A DNA stretch of 64,000 nucleotides from Terriglobales bacterium (GCA_050746125.1 JBOGKX010000052.1:9548-73547); one strand, 5' to 3'. Shown: positions 46,958-56,354, counted from the first letter of the stretch. Notes: generated by a model not told the origin, from the letters alone. Translations and numbers: made by a program.

Positions 46958-47416
46958 TTGCCGATCCTCAGGAGCCTTCAGCCCACGATTAGCGGCAGCC
47001 AACTCGCATGGTACGGCGCGGTGGTGGCTACAGCAACGGCCGCCGTGCGGATCGTAGATTTTTTCCGCGACCGATCGAGAGTTAGGCTCACCGTCAAACC
47101 AAACATGCAGTTATGCAACGATCCGCGTTACAACGGGATGACTTTGACGATCCTGATGGCAGCGAACATCGGCAGGCGGCCGGTTACGATCACTGGCATG
47201 GGCGCTCGGCGCCTCTTTCCGGGCAAGGCTTTCGTTGCGACGGACATCAGCCCGCCCCTTCCGTTTGAGCTGACGGAAGGCAAGCTTGTGTGTGCATTGA
47301 TCGACGAGGCTGGCTTAGACGCTGGGACACTGGAGGCATTCGAGGCGTGGGACGCGGCGGGCCGGACGTTCCGGCGCTGCGTTGCACCGCTAAGCAGCGG
47401 GTTTTGTCGCGCGTGA
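46958..47416 (+). CDS. hypothetical protein (152 aa, one N-terminal TM helix)
   Basis: A TTG-start ORF with moderately GC-rich third positions. I recognise no family. Confidence 0.4.
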   Translation: MPILRSLQPTISGSQLAWYGAVVATATAAVRIVDFFRDRSRVRLTVKPNMQLCNDPRYNGMTLTILMAANIGRRPVTITGMGARRLFPGKAFVATDISPPLPFELTEGKLVCALIDEAGLDAGTLEAFEAWDAAGRTFRRCVAPLSSGFCRA

Positions 47417-47792
47417 GGCGGTGGCGGGCGTGAGCCCGGCGTGCGGCCCGATTTATTCCTGCCGCCGCAAGCCGCCACACAGCGTTTTTCTGCGCATCGG
47501 AAGAGATTTTGGGAACGCGAAAAATGCGTTTGCCGAATTTCCAGGCGTGATCGCATTGGGCATAAATCGCGGCTGCGGGTGATTTTTGTTGTTCGCTTTT
47601 GCTTCTCTGCCAATCAATCAATGTGAACTGGCCAGTGGGCGTCCGCCAAGGTCAGTTCCCTGGCGCGAGAGAGCGCCCGAAAAAGCCAACAGGAACCAAT
47701 GGGCCACTCCGACGCAGTTAACACCCGCAGCTATGGGCATGGGCAGGAAGACGCGAAGAGCCGCGCAATGGACGGGGCGGCCGGGTTGCTGC

Positions 47793-48035
47793 TTACTTAG
47801 GTGCCCAGCCGTCTCTTTGTGCTTGATTGATTCTGTCCTTGATAAACGATTCTGCTGCTTTTCGATCTGGAAAGGCGAATTTTTTCACCCGAGTTTTCCG
47901 CGATTTTAACGGGTCTCGGCTCAGCACATCGCCCTCAATTTCCTGAACCAAAAACCCTTGGTCCAACTCTGTCATCGTGATCTCCTGAAAGCTAGCCCCT
48001 TTGTGGAGGGCATACGCTTCGACTTCGCCGACCAT
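47793..48035 (-). CDS. small hypothetical protein (80 aa), weak WGR-domain-like pattern
   Basis: A strong RBS, GGAGGAGG, lies 4 nt upstream of the ATG. The C-terminal ..KKFAFPDRKAAESFIKDRINQAQRDGW resembles the WGR tail (K.F....A..F.....K...GY). Confidence 0.5.
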   Translation of the reverse strand: MVGEVEAYALHKGASFQEITMTELDQGFLVQEIEGDVLSRDPLKSRKTRVKKFAFPDRKAAESFIKDRINQAQRDGWAPK

Positions 48036-48144
48036 GTTTCCTCCTCCAAGGGCTGATATACGTTAACGGAACAAAAGAGAACAGCGCCGGTTCTGACGCG
48101 ATTGACCAATCCGTTAAATATCTTTGCATTGTGGACGCTTCGGT

Positions 48145-48219
48145 TGGTGAGGCGGCTGGGACTCGAACCCAGAACCCTTGCCTTAAAAGGGCAATGCTCT
48201 ACCATTGAGCTACCGCCTC
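48145..48219 (-). tRNA. tRNA-Lys (anticodon UUU), CCA encoded
   Basis: GAGGCGGTAGCTCAATGGTAGAGCATTGCCCTTTTAAGGCAAGGGTTCTGGGTTCGAGTCCCAGCCGCCTCACCA folds as a cloverleaf with a 7-bp acceptor stem, GCTC/GAGC D stem, TTGCC/GGCAA anticodon stem, loop CTTTTAA and CTGGG/CCCAG T stem. Confidence 0.95.
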
Positions 48220-48350
48220 GGAACATCAGCGCGCAGGCCATTGGCCTGCCGGCGCCGGCAACTGCGCTGCCATCGAAGATCCGCCCTCGATATTTTCAGC
48301 CTACTACGACGTCGCGGCAAGCGGCAGGCCCACGGCCGGTTCGGGAGCGC

Positions 48351-49628
48351 CTAGGATTGCAGGCGGCGCTGCGGAGATACCCACAGCAGCGGCTGGCGGA
48401 TGGGGAAATTGCGCAAGACCTCTTCCACGGTCGGATCGGGATTGAGACGCCGCCAGAGCGCCAGCCAACGAGATTGGCCGTACGCCAGACCGGCAAACAG
48501 CAAACTGGGCTGGCGCACCGGCCAATCGTCGAAATACATGACGTCGGGCGGATACGGCCAGGACCGTTTGTTTTCGATGTACGGCACCATGAACTCCATG
48601 CCGCGCCGCATGCCGCGCCCGTCTGGTAGCTGGAAGGCCCATAGGCCGGCGGACGCCGGCGCCGCGGCGACGCCGAACCCGTTCATGGAAAGAATCTGAC
48701 AGGCGGCGGCCATCATGTCGAGATTGAAGAGCGAATAGCCGTAGGGCTTGGTGCGACGCAGTTCCAGGGGAAAACTCCCATTCGGCGCCATCTGATTGGG
48801 CACCAAGACGGTCTGGAAGCGATGTCCGCAGTACTTGAGCCAATCGCCGCGGCCGAGATAAGCGGCGAAGGCGGCCACCTGCACGACCCAGCACGTGCCG
48901 TGGTTGTTTTTTGCCTCGCGCTCCGCAATCCCATGCCCGCTGGTCGTCAGCCAAGTCGTGTAGTCGGTGAACCAGGCGCGCACGGCTCGATCCTCGCTCG
49001 CGGACAAAGCATGGCCCTCGCTCAGCAACTGCGCACTGCGCGCCACCTCGACCAGATGAATGGTGTCGATTATGCCGATGCTCCGGCCGTTGGCGATGCC
49101 ATGAATCGCCTGCGCGTACTGCAAATTGGGGTTCATGCGCGTCGCCGGATCCACAAACCACGCGTGCAAGTGCCGCGCTACATGGCGCGCAAAACGCGCC
49201 TCGCCGGTAAGGCGCCAGGCTGCCGCCAGGGAGGCGGCTTGCACGCTGAACGCAATCAGCGCCCGGCGATGGGCCGTAAAATTGGCGGGGTTGGATTGCC
49301 CGTCGCGCCGGATGTAAGGGCCGTTCGGATCTCGCGGATTGGGCCACCAGTAGTCGCCTTCGGAGAAATAGTCGTTGCGGCCGCCTTCACCATCTTTCGC
49401 TCGCGGCGCGGGAAAGGCGGTAATCGTTACCGGCGCAAGCCGCAGGTAATGTTCCGCGGCAGCTAGCACACGGGGACGCTCGATCGCGCCAAGTTCCAAC
49501 TCCTCGGCGGCACTTGCCGACGTAGAGGCCAGCGCTAGCGTCGGCTCGCCCCCGAGGCTTGCCAGCAGGGTTGCAGCGCCGCCAAGGCGGCAAAACTGGC
49601 GACGTGAGGCAAACAACACGAAAGGCAT
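48351..49628 (-). CDS. alginate lyase-family (all-alpha polysaccharide lyase-like) protein, Tat signal
   Basis: The N-terminus is ASRRQFCRLGGAATLLASLG. The body contains NDYFSEGDYWWPNPRDPNGPYIRRDGQSNP...NPNLQYAQAIHG, as I recall it for the Alginate_lyase family. Confidence 0.7.
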   Translation of the reverse strand: MPFVLFASRRQFCRLGGAATLLASLGGEPTLALASTSASAAEELELGAIERPRVLAAAEHYLRLAPVTITAFPAPRAKDGEGGRNDYFSEGDYWWPNPRDPNGPYIRRDGQSNPANFTAHRRALIAFSVQAASLAAAWRLTGEARFARHVARHLHAWFVDPATRMNPNLQYAQAIHGIANGRSIGIIDTIHLVEVARSAQLLSEGHALSASEDRAVRAWFTDYTTWLTTSGHGIAEREAKNNHGTCWVVQVAAFAAYLGRGDWLKYCGHRFQTVLVPNQMAPNGSFPLELRRTKPYGYSLFNLDMMAAACQILSMNGFGVAAAPASAGLWAFQLPDGRGMRRGMEFMVPYIENKRSWPYPPDVMYFDDWPVRQPSLLFAGLAYGQSRWLALWRRLNPDPTVEEVLRNFPIRQPLLWVSPQRRLQS

Positions 49629-49700
49629 AATAGCGCGGCCAGATGCGGCCAGCCACGATCAAGCGGAAGTCGGGCGCGAGGCCGATGGGATAATCGGCGC

Positions 49701-50288
49701 GTGGCCTTATGCGTCACGATCTTGGCGGGCGGGGCCAGCCGGCGAATGGGCCGGGACAAGGCATTATTGCCATGGCGCGGCGGCACGATGGTCGAGGCCG
49801 TGTTGGCCGTTGCCCGCCAAGCCGGCGCGGAGGAAATCACTATTTCGGGTTCGCCCGAGCGGTACGGCTTTTTGGGTTTCAGTTGCATTCCTGACCGCTG
49901 GCCGGGTTGCGGGCCGCTTGGCGGGATCGCTAGCGTGCTGGCCGCCTCGGCGGCGCCGCGCCAGCTCATGCTGGGGTGTGACATGCCGCTCGTGCCGCCG
50001 GGACTATTGCGTTGGTTGTGGAACTTGGCGGGGCCGGAGGGAGGATGGGTGGTGCCGGCCCTGGAGCCTGGGCGGTTCGAGCCGCTGTGCGCCATCTATG
50101 ATCGAGCGCTGCTGCCGGCGGTCGAGGCGGCGCTGGCGGCGGGCGAGTTCAAGATCGACCGCGCCTTAGCCGGCGCTCCGCGCCGCACGGTAGGCGCAGC
50201 CGAACTGGCCGCCGCCGGCTTCAGCGCCGCGGCCTTTCGCAACCTCAACCAGCCCGACGAGTACGATGCGGCCCGGCGGTCAGGATGA
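49701..50288 (+). CDS. mobA: molybdenum cofactor guanylyltransferase
   Basis: The motifs are ILAGGASRRMGRDKALLPW ... GPLGGIASVL ... GCDMPLV. The start is GTG. Confidence 0.85.
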   Translation: MALCVTILAGGASRRMGRDKALLPWRGGTMVEAVLAVARQAGAEEITISGSPERYGFLGFSCIPDRWPGCGPLGGIASVLAASAAPRQLMLGCDMPLVPPGLLRWLWNLAGPEGGWVVPALEPGRFEPLCAIYDRALLPAVEAALAAGEFKIDRALAGAPRRTVGAAELAAAGFSAAAFRNLNQPDEYDAARRSG

Positions 50289-50906
50289 GCCGAGATGGAT
50301 ATCGCCGACGCCGGAATGGGCCGTGATCCGATAGGTTCCGCTTCCGCTGTAGTCCAGTGACTTGCCGACGAAGCCGCTCCCGTGTCCGAACGGCCCGCCC
50401 TCAATGTCGCCGACGCCGGTCGAGGCTTCGACGGTGCGGATGTCGGAGGCGTTCGCAATCGCGACTTTAATGTCGCCGACGCCCGTTTCCAGCCGCTGAT
50501 CGCCGGCAATCTGGCCCACGCGAATGTCGCCGACTCCGAGGCTCACGCGCAGGGTTTCCCGCGCCGGAATGTCCAGCTCCACGTCGATCGAGCTGTTGTG
50601 GCCGTGGTTGTCGTCCGTGAAGTTGATCTCGGCTTGTTGTCCATGCACCTCGAATCGCAGGTGGATATTGGCGAGGGCGGCATCCTCCGAGCCGAACCAA
50701 CTAGTCTTCGGCTTGACCCGGTAGTGCAGCTCGATGCGGCTCGATTGCGTGCTAGTAACGTGGACATCGCCTACCGGGACCGACACTTCGATCGAGCCGC
50801 CGCTGGCGAACGCGCGGCTATCGGCTCCGGTGCGCGGGATCGCCGCCGCGCTAACCGCCAGTCCCAGGACCGCGGCGAGGAGAGCCAAGGCAGACTTTGT
50901 GATCAT
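50280..50906 (-). CDS. DUF4097-like beta-repeat (putative adhesin) protein
   Basis: The signal peptide is MITKSALALLAAVLGLAVSAAA, taking the ATG 11 nt after GGAGG. GVGDI repeats recur (LGVGDIRV, TGVGDIKV, TGVGDIEG, SGVGDIHL). Confidence 0.6.
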   Translation of the reverse strand: MITKSALALLAAVLGLAVSAAAIPRTGADSRAFASGGSIEVSVPVGDVHVTSTQSSRIELHYRVKPKTSWFGSEDAALANIHLRFEVHGQQAEINFTDDNHGHNSSIDVELDIPARETLRVSLGVGDIRVGQIAGDQRLETGVGDIKVAIANASDIRTVEASTGVGDIEGGPFGHGSGFVGKSLDYSGSGTYRITAHSGVGDIHLGSS

Positions 50907-50980
50907 GGTGGCCATCACCTCCAGCAAGATTTTACGCACGGTGGGCGGAGGAAGTTCCGCCCGGTCCTCTAAACTGGTGT

Positions 50981-51925
50981 TTGGGCAGTTTTCCCTCCAC
51001 CACCGCGCCGGCGCCCTATTACCCGCTCATCGTCCAGCCCCCGCCTTACAGGCCGCGGCGGTGGACGCCGCTCTTGTTGCTGGGGCTGACCGTGATCAGC
51101 ACCATGGTCATCGGCGCCCGCCTGGAGTTCAACTTCCGCCAAGGACTGCCCGCCTACCGGACCAATACCGACGTCTTCCCCTTCGTCTGGATCTGGCATC
51201 ATCCACGCCTGCTGGCGTTGGGCATTCCCTTCAGCGCCGCGCTGCTCGGCATTTTGCTGGCGCATGAATTGGGCCATTACCTGGCCTGCCGCCATTACCG
51301 GCTGGAAGCTACCTGGCCGCATTTCCTGCCCGCGCCGACCCTGATCGGCACCTTGGGCGCCTTCATCATGATCCGCTCGCCGTTTCGCAACCGGCGCCAG
51401 CTCTTCGACGTGGGCGTGGCTGGACCGCTCGCCGGCTTCGTGGTGGCCATTCCGATTTTGTTGCTGGGATTGGCGCGCTCGCCGGTGCATATCGGCCATG
51501 CGGATGCAGCGCTGGAGTTTGGCTGGCCGCCGCTGATGGCGGCGCTGTCGCACCTGCTGCGGCCCGGCATAGCGCCCGCCGCCTTGGCGCTGAGCCCGCT
51601 GGCGCGCGCCGCCTGGGTGGGGCTGCTGGCCACGATGTTGAACCTGATCCCGAGCGGGCAGCTCGACGGCGGGCATATCCTCTACACGTTTTTCCCCGGC
51701 CTGCACAGCCGGGTTTCCTGGTCCATGGCGGCGCTAATGCTCTATATGGGCTGGCGCTATTGGAGCGGCTGGTACGTGTGGGCGGTGCTGCTCGTGGCCA
51801 TGCGCGCCCGACATCCTTTCGTGCCGCGCGGCGAACCGGTGGGCGCGGTTCGAATAGCACTGGCCCTGGCAGCTCTGGCGATCTTGGCCGGCACGTTTAT
51901 CGCCACGCCATTGGTTTTCTATTAG
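50981..51925 (+). CDS. site-2 protease family (peptidase M50) membrane metalloprotease
   Basis: A HELGHY zinc motif sits in a TM helix, and a downstream LNLIPSGQLDGGH motif is present. The TTG start is uncertain. Confidence 0.8.
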   Translation: MGSFPSTTAPAPYYPLIVQPPPYRPRRWTPLLLLGLTVISTMVIGARLEFNFRQGLPAYRTNTDVFPFVWIWHHPRLLALGIPFSAALLGILLAHELGHYLACRHYRLEATWPHFLPAPTLIGTLGAFIMIRSPFRNRRQLFDVGVAGPLAGFVVAIPILLLGLARSPVHIGHADAALEFGWPPLMAALSHLLRPGIAPAALALSPLARAAWVGLLATMLNLIPSGQLDGGHILYTFFPGLHSRVSWSMAALMLYMGWRYWSGWYVWAVLLVAMRARHPFVPRGEPVGAVRIALALAALAILAGTFIATPLVFY

Positions 51926-51935
51926 CCTAGTACCC

Positions 51936-52391
51936 ATGAAATGTCCCTTTTGCGGCCACCCCGAGGATAAGGTGGTGGATTCACGCGAGAGCAAGGAAGG
52001 CGAGGCCATACGCCGGCGGCGCGAGTGCCTGGCCTGCGCGAAGCGCTTCACCACCTACGAGCGCATCGACGAGATCCCGTATATGGTGGTCAAGAAGGAC
52101 GGCCGCCGAGAGAAGTTCGACCGGCAGAAGGTGCTCAATGGGCTGTTGCACGCCTCCGAGAAGCGGCCCATCCCCATGGGCCGGCTCGAAGCCATTGTCA
52201 ACGAGGCGGAAAGCTTGGTCGTGGAGTCGCCGGACCGCGAGGCGCAGACCAGCCAGATCGGGGAACTGATCATGCGGCGGTTGCAACAACTCGACAAGGT
52301 CGCCTTCGTGCGCTTCGCCTCGGTCTATCGGGACTTCAAAGACCCGCGCGAGTTCATGGAGGAGCTGAAAAAGGCCGGCGTGCGGGATTAG
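51936..52391 (+). CDS. nrdR: transcriptional repressor NrdR
   Basis: MKCPFCGHPEDKVVDSRES...RRRRECLACAKRFTTYE is the zinc ribbon, followed by the ATP-cone. 151 aa. Confidence 0.95.
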   Translation: MKCPFCGHPEDKVVDSRESKEGEAIRRRRECLACAKRFTTYERIDEIPYMVVKKDGRREKFDRQKVLNGLLHASEKRPIPMGRLEAIVNEAESLVVESPDREAQTSQIGELIMRRLQQLDKVAFVRFASVYRDFKDPREFMEELKKAGVRD

Positions 52392-52663
52392 GGGCGGGGC
52401 GGCGCCTATTGACAGTTTTGGTCCAAGGACGACGCGGAACGACGGCGCGGGGCGGCGACAACCTGTGCCAGGGGACAGGCCCAGCCCCCTGCGCAAATTT
52501 GATAAATTACAGAAAAGACGGGCTCTGGCGTTCGGCCAACGAAGTCGGGGGCGCGCGGCGCCGATCGGCGTCTCGATTGCAGGGTAAGAGGCGAAACCCG
52601 AGTTCGGATCACGGGGCGCGGGCTCCGATTTAGGCCGACGAGGGAACCAAGGAGACTGCCAAG

Positions 52664-53173
52664 ATGATGAATCGCAAGAAGCGCTCGGAAGGTTTTTCGT
52701 TGATCGAACTGCTGATTGTGGTGACGATCATCCTGATCCTCGCCGCCATCGCCATTCCCAAGCTGCTGACCGTGAAGCAGCAAGCCAACTCCACCGCCGC
52801 CGTGGCCAACATGAAGTCGATGCAGAACGCTCTGACGGCGTTCGCCGCGCAGTACACCTCGGTGGGCTATCCGGCGACGCTAGCCGCGCTCGCCGGCCCA
52901 GCGGGTGCCGTGCCGTCGGCTACCGGCGCGGAGCTCGTCGATCTTTCGTTGGTTACCAACCCGAAGCAGGGCTACAACTTTAACTATCTGAACGACGGTA
53001 CTACGCCATCCGCGCTATATGGATTGACTGCGGACCCGGCTTCAGCCGGTACTGGCACACGCTCCTTCTGTACGGACCAGAACGACGTGATCTATTACCA
53101 GGACGGGACGCCGTACGGTGCGCCGACCGTGAGCGCGAGCAACGTGTGCGCTGGGAAGGTCATCGGGCAATAA
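52664..53173 (+). CDS. prepilin-type N-terminal cleavage/methylation domain protein (type IV pilin/pseudopilin-like)
   Basis: A short basic leader is followed by GFSLIELLIVVTIILILAAIAIPKL. Confidence 0.8.
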   Translation: MMNRKKRSEGFSLIELLIVVTIILILAAIAIPKLLTVKQQANSTAAVANMKSMQNALTAFAAQYTSVGYPATLAALAGPAGAVPSATGAELVDLSLVTNPKQGYNFNYLNDGTTPSALYGLTADPASAGTGTRSFCTDQNDVIYYQDGTPYGAPTVSASNVCAGKVIGQ

Positions 53174-53196
53174 CGAGTTAGGTCACTTCGTCTTGC

Positions 53197-53228
53197 GGCG
53201 GCGGGCGACCGGGCCCGCCGCCGTTTTT
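53197..53228 (+). terminator. rho-independent terminator after pilin gene 1
   Basis: A perfect 10-bp stem, GGCGGCGGGC/GCCCGCCGCC, with a 6-nt loop, followed by G and TTTTT. Confidence 0.75.
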
Positions 53229-53230
53229 CT

Positions 53231-53656
53231 TTATGCGCGCACCGTAAAGCCGCATTCGCGACCGTGCGCGGCGGCGAAGTCAATCATGCGTGCGTCATAG
53301 GTAACGAGTGGACACCCGAGTTCGATGGCAGTCGCGATCAGCAAGCGATCGGCCGGATCGCGCGATTCGAAGCCGGAAATTGCGTGGGCGCGTGCGGCGG
53401 CGTTGGGCGTCAGCGGTGCCGCGGCGACCCCCGCTCGACCCAGAAAGCGCTCGACCCAGGCACTGGGGGCAACGTCAAGATCGAGGCGACCGCCATGCAC
53501 CAGCGATGCGATCTCCCACGCCGAAATCGCGCTGAGAAGGATTGTGCCGCCCTCTTTCCGGCAACTTTCGATCAGGATTCGAGTTGGGTTGCGGAGGCGC
53601 ACATCGCCGCGGTCGAGCCAGATGGCAATGTGAGTGTCAAGCAGCAGCTTGTCCAC
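53231..53656 (-). CDS. vapC: type II toxin VapC (PIN domain ribonuclease)
   Basis: LLDTHIAIW...SAISAWEI...DPADRLLIATA carries the PIN acidic residues. The GTG start overlaps the antitoxin stop (TAGTG). Confidence 0.85.
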   Translation of the reverse strand: MDKLLLDTHIAIWLDRGDVRLRNPTRILIESCRKEGGTILLSAISAWEIASLVHGGRLDLDVAPSAWVERFLGRAGVAAAPLTPNAAARAHAISGFESRDPADRLLIATAIELGCPLVTYDARMIDFAAAHGRECGFTVRA

Positions 53657-53910
53657 TAGCGGTCGATCTCACGGCCGGTCTCGGCATCGGGAACGACGTC
53701 CAGGGCGGACGCGAACGGGTCAACCCCTGGCCGATATCCCGCCGAGTCCGGGTGCGCCCCGAAAAGCGAGCCGGTACGCGCCTGGCGGTCCAGCAAGCAG
53801 CGCACCGCCTGAGCTACCGCTTCGGTCTTATTTCCGCCGGTGAGCTTGGCAGCCGCCTCTTCGATCAGCGCCACGACGTCTGGCCGGTTTATGGTGATAA
53901 CGCTGGCCAT
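53656..53910 (-). CDS. vapB: type II antitoxin (VapB-type, Rv0623-like pattern)
   Basis: 84 aa immediately upstream of vapC. The N-terminus ITINRPDVVALIEEAAAKLTGGNKTEAVAQAV resembles PSK-type antitoxins. Confidence 0.7.
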   Translation of the reverse strand: MASVITINRPDVVALIEEAAAKLTGGNKTEAVAQAVRCLLDRQARTGSLFGAHPDSAGYRPGVDPFASALDVVPDAETGREIDR

Positions 53911-54058
53911 GCCGCTATCCTATCATTATCGCCATAATGATTGTTCGCCACGCCGCGTCAGCCACGCCGCGAATTGGCGCGCCCAGCGCCGGTGGCGAGA
54001 ACTAAGTGCTTTATTATCAGAGCGAAAATTCGGCAGGCGGCGTGCTCCATAAGGGGCG

Positions 54059-54556
54059 ATGCAGCGCGTCTCCCAATCCCGGCGCGGCACGGCCGGCTTC
54101 AGTCTGATCGAATTGCTGATCGTCGTCACCATCATTTTGATCCTGGCGGCGATTGCCATTCCGAAGCTGATCGCGGTGAAGATGGTGGCGAATGAAGCGG
54201 CCACGGTGTCGAACATGCGCACCGTTGACAGCGCCGAAACCGCCTATGCCTCGCAATATCCCGCCATCGGCTTCAGCGCTTCGCTAGCAGTTCTCGGCGG
54301 GGCCGGTGTGACGCCGACTAGCGCCGCCGCCTTGCTGCTCGATTCGACGCTGGCGCGAGCGGTTCCCAAAAAGAGCGGCTACAAGCTAACTTACGCGCCA
54401 GCCGGCGGCGTACCGTGCGGCGACTATGCCCTCAATGCCGACGCCACGGCGCAGGACACCACGGGCGTGCGCCATTTCTTCACCGATGCCACGGGCGTAA
54501 TTCGCTACAACGTGGGTGGTCCGGCCACAGCCAACAGCACTTCGCTAGGCCAATAG
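54059..54556 (+). CDS. prepilin-type N-terminal cleavage/methylation domain protein (paralog of 52664..53173)
   Basis: The leader is followed by GFSLIELLIVVTIILILAAIAIPKL, identical in protein to pilin 1 over 25 aa but diverged at silent nucleotide sites. Confidence 0.8.
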   Translation: MQRVSQSRRGTAGFSLIELLIVVTIILILAAIAIPKLIAVKMVANEAATVSNMRTVDSAETAYASQYPAIGFSASLAVLGGAGVTPTSAAALLLDSTLARAVPKKSGYKLTYAPAGGVPCGDYALNADATAQDTTGVRHFFTDATGVIRYNVGGPATANSTSLGQ

Positions 54557-54648
54557 CGCGCAGCCAGGTGGATGGTGCCGAGCGCGGCACCTGACCTGGC
54601 GGCCGGAGCAAACCACCACGGCCTCCGCCTATACTGATCGCAAGTGCG

Positions 54649-55563
54649 ATGGTTGCCGTCGAGTGCATTGATCTCAGCAAAGATTTTCCCCTCGGCTTCT
54701 GGCGCAAGCGGCCGGTTCGCGCGCTCGCGGCGCTAAACCTCTCGATCGCGGAGGGCGAGATTTTCGGCTTGCTCGGCCACAACGGTGCGGGCAAGACCAC
54801 CACCATCAAACTGCTTCTGCGGCTCATCTTTCCTTCGCGGGGCACGGCACGCATTTTGGGTCTGCCGCTCGGCGCGCCCGGGCTGGCCGCGCAGATCGGT
54901 TACCTGCCGGAAAACCCCTACTTCTACGATTACTTGCGCTGCCGCGAACTGGTCGAGTACTACGCCGAACTGGCGGGGGTGCCCGCAGGCGAGCGCGGGG
55001 CGCGGGCGCGCGCGGCGCTCGAGCGGGTGGGCATGGGCGAGGCGATGGAGCGGCCGCTGCGCAAGTGCTCGAAGGGCATGGTGCAACGGGTGGGCCTGGC
55101 GCAAGCCATCGTCCACCGGCCGAAGCTGGCCATTCTCGACGAGCCCATGAGCGGGCTCGATCCCGCCGGCCGAGCCGAGGTGCGAGACCTGATTTTGGAG
55201 CTGCGCGGGCAGGGGACGACCGTGTTGTTCTCGACGCACATCTTGAGCGATGCCGAGCAGCTTTGCGATCGCGTCGCGGTGCTCAAGCGCGGACGGCTCG
55301 CGGCCGCCGGCACTCTGGACGAGCTCGGCGGCAATGACGGGACACAAGCCGAGATTGTTTATCGCGAGCGAGCCGGCAGCGGCCTGGGACTGATCCGGCG
55401 CGAGGTTATTGCGGCCGCCGATTTGTGGCCGAGACTCGAGGCGCTACGGGCGCGGCAGGCGCAGATCATTGCCGTGAACTCCGCGCGCCGCGGTTTGGAA
55501 GAACTGTTTCGGCCGGAAGCCGGTGAGCGCGCCGCCAGCCGGAGCGCGGGGCAGGGGAGTTGA
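54649..55563 (+). CDS. ABC transporter ATP-binding protein (ABC-2 exporter type)
   Basis: Walker A GHNGAGKTT, signature CSKGMVQR and Walker B LAILDEPMSGLD. Confidence 0.9.
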   Translation: MVAVECIDLSKDFPLGFWRKRPVRALAALNLSIAEGEIFGLLGHNGAGKTTTIKLLLRLIFPSRGTARILGLPLGAPGLAAQIGYLPENPYFYDYLRCRELVEYYAELAGVPAGERGARARAALERVGMGEAMERPLRKCSKGMVQRVGLAQAIVHRPKLAILDEPMSGLDPAGRAEVRDLILELRGQGTTVLFSTHILSDAEQLCDRVAVLKRGRLAAAGTLDELGGNDGTQAEIVYRERAGSGLGLIRREVIAAADLWPRLEALRARQAQIIAVNSARRGLEELFRPEAGERAASRSAGQGS

Positions 55564-55565
55564 GG

Positions 55566-56354
55566 ATGTCGGCGGCCAGCGCCATTCTTTCCGTCAGCCG
55601 CAACGCTTACCGCGAGGCGATTCGAGATCGCATCCTTTTCAGCCTGGTGTTTTTCGCCGTGTTGATGGTGGGCGCGGCGGTGCTGTTCTCGCAGATGTCG
55701 TTCGGCATCGACGCCGGCGCGCTGATCAATTTCAGCCTGGCGGCGATCACGATGCTGGGCGTGATCATCGCCGTCTTCCTCGGCAATCAGCTTGTCGCCA
55801 AGGAAATCGAGCGGCGGACGCTTTACACGTTGCTGGCCCATCCGGTGCGGCGCACGCATTTTTTGATCGGCAAGTTCGCAGGCCTGGTGGAGACGCTGGT
55901 CGTCAATTGCGGATTGATGGGCGTGGCGCTGTTCTTGGCGCTGCTTTACGTGCTGCCGCGGCATGTGGCCGCGGGTGAATGGTCGCTGCTGGCGGCGCTG
56001 TATTTCATCTTGCTCGAACTGGCGGTGCTGACGGCTATTGCGCTCGTCTTTTCCTGCATTTCGTCGCCGGTGCTGGCGGCGGTGTTCACGCTGGCGCTGT
56101 TCGTGGTGGGCAGCTTCGATAGCGAGCTGCGAACGCTGGGGCAAAGTTCGCGGCAATGGATGGGCGGCCACTTGGCTATTTGGCTCTCTTACGTGTTGCC
56201 CAATTTCGGCAGCTTCAACATCGCGACCGCTGCCTCGCATTTTGCCCCCATCAGCTGGACGCTGGTGGGATTGAACACGGCCTACGCGGCCGTCTATTGC
56301 GGCGTCGCCCTGGCGATCGCCAGCGCGATTTTCGAGAACAAAGATCTGAAGTGA
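55566..56354 (+). CDS. ABC-2 type transporter permease
   Basis: Six predicted TM helices. The ATG is 6 nt after GGGGAG and 3 nt after the ATPase stop. Confidence 0.75.
   Translation: MSAASAILSVSRNAYREAIRDRILFSLVFFAVLMVGAAVLFSQMSFGIDAGALINFSLAAITMLGVIIAVFLGNQLVAKEIERRTLYTLLAHPVRRTHFLIGKFAGLVETLVVNCGLMGVALFLALLYVLPRHVAAGEWSLLAALYFILLELAVLTAIALVFSCISSPVLAAVFTLALFVVGSFDSELRTLGQSSRQWMGGHLAIWLSYVLPNFGSFNIATAASHFAPISWTLVGLNTAYAAVYCGVALAIASAIFENKDLK

Noticed and set aside
48102-48629. 175-aa plus-strand ORF
   Set aside because: It reads through the complement of tRNA-Lys and is antisense to the alginate-lyase-like gene.
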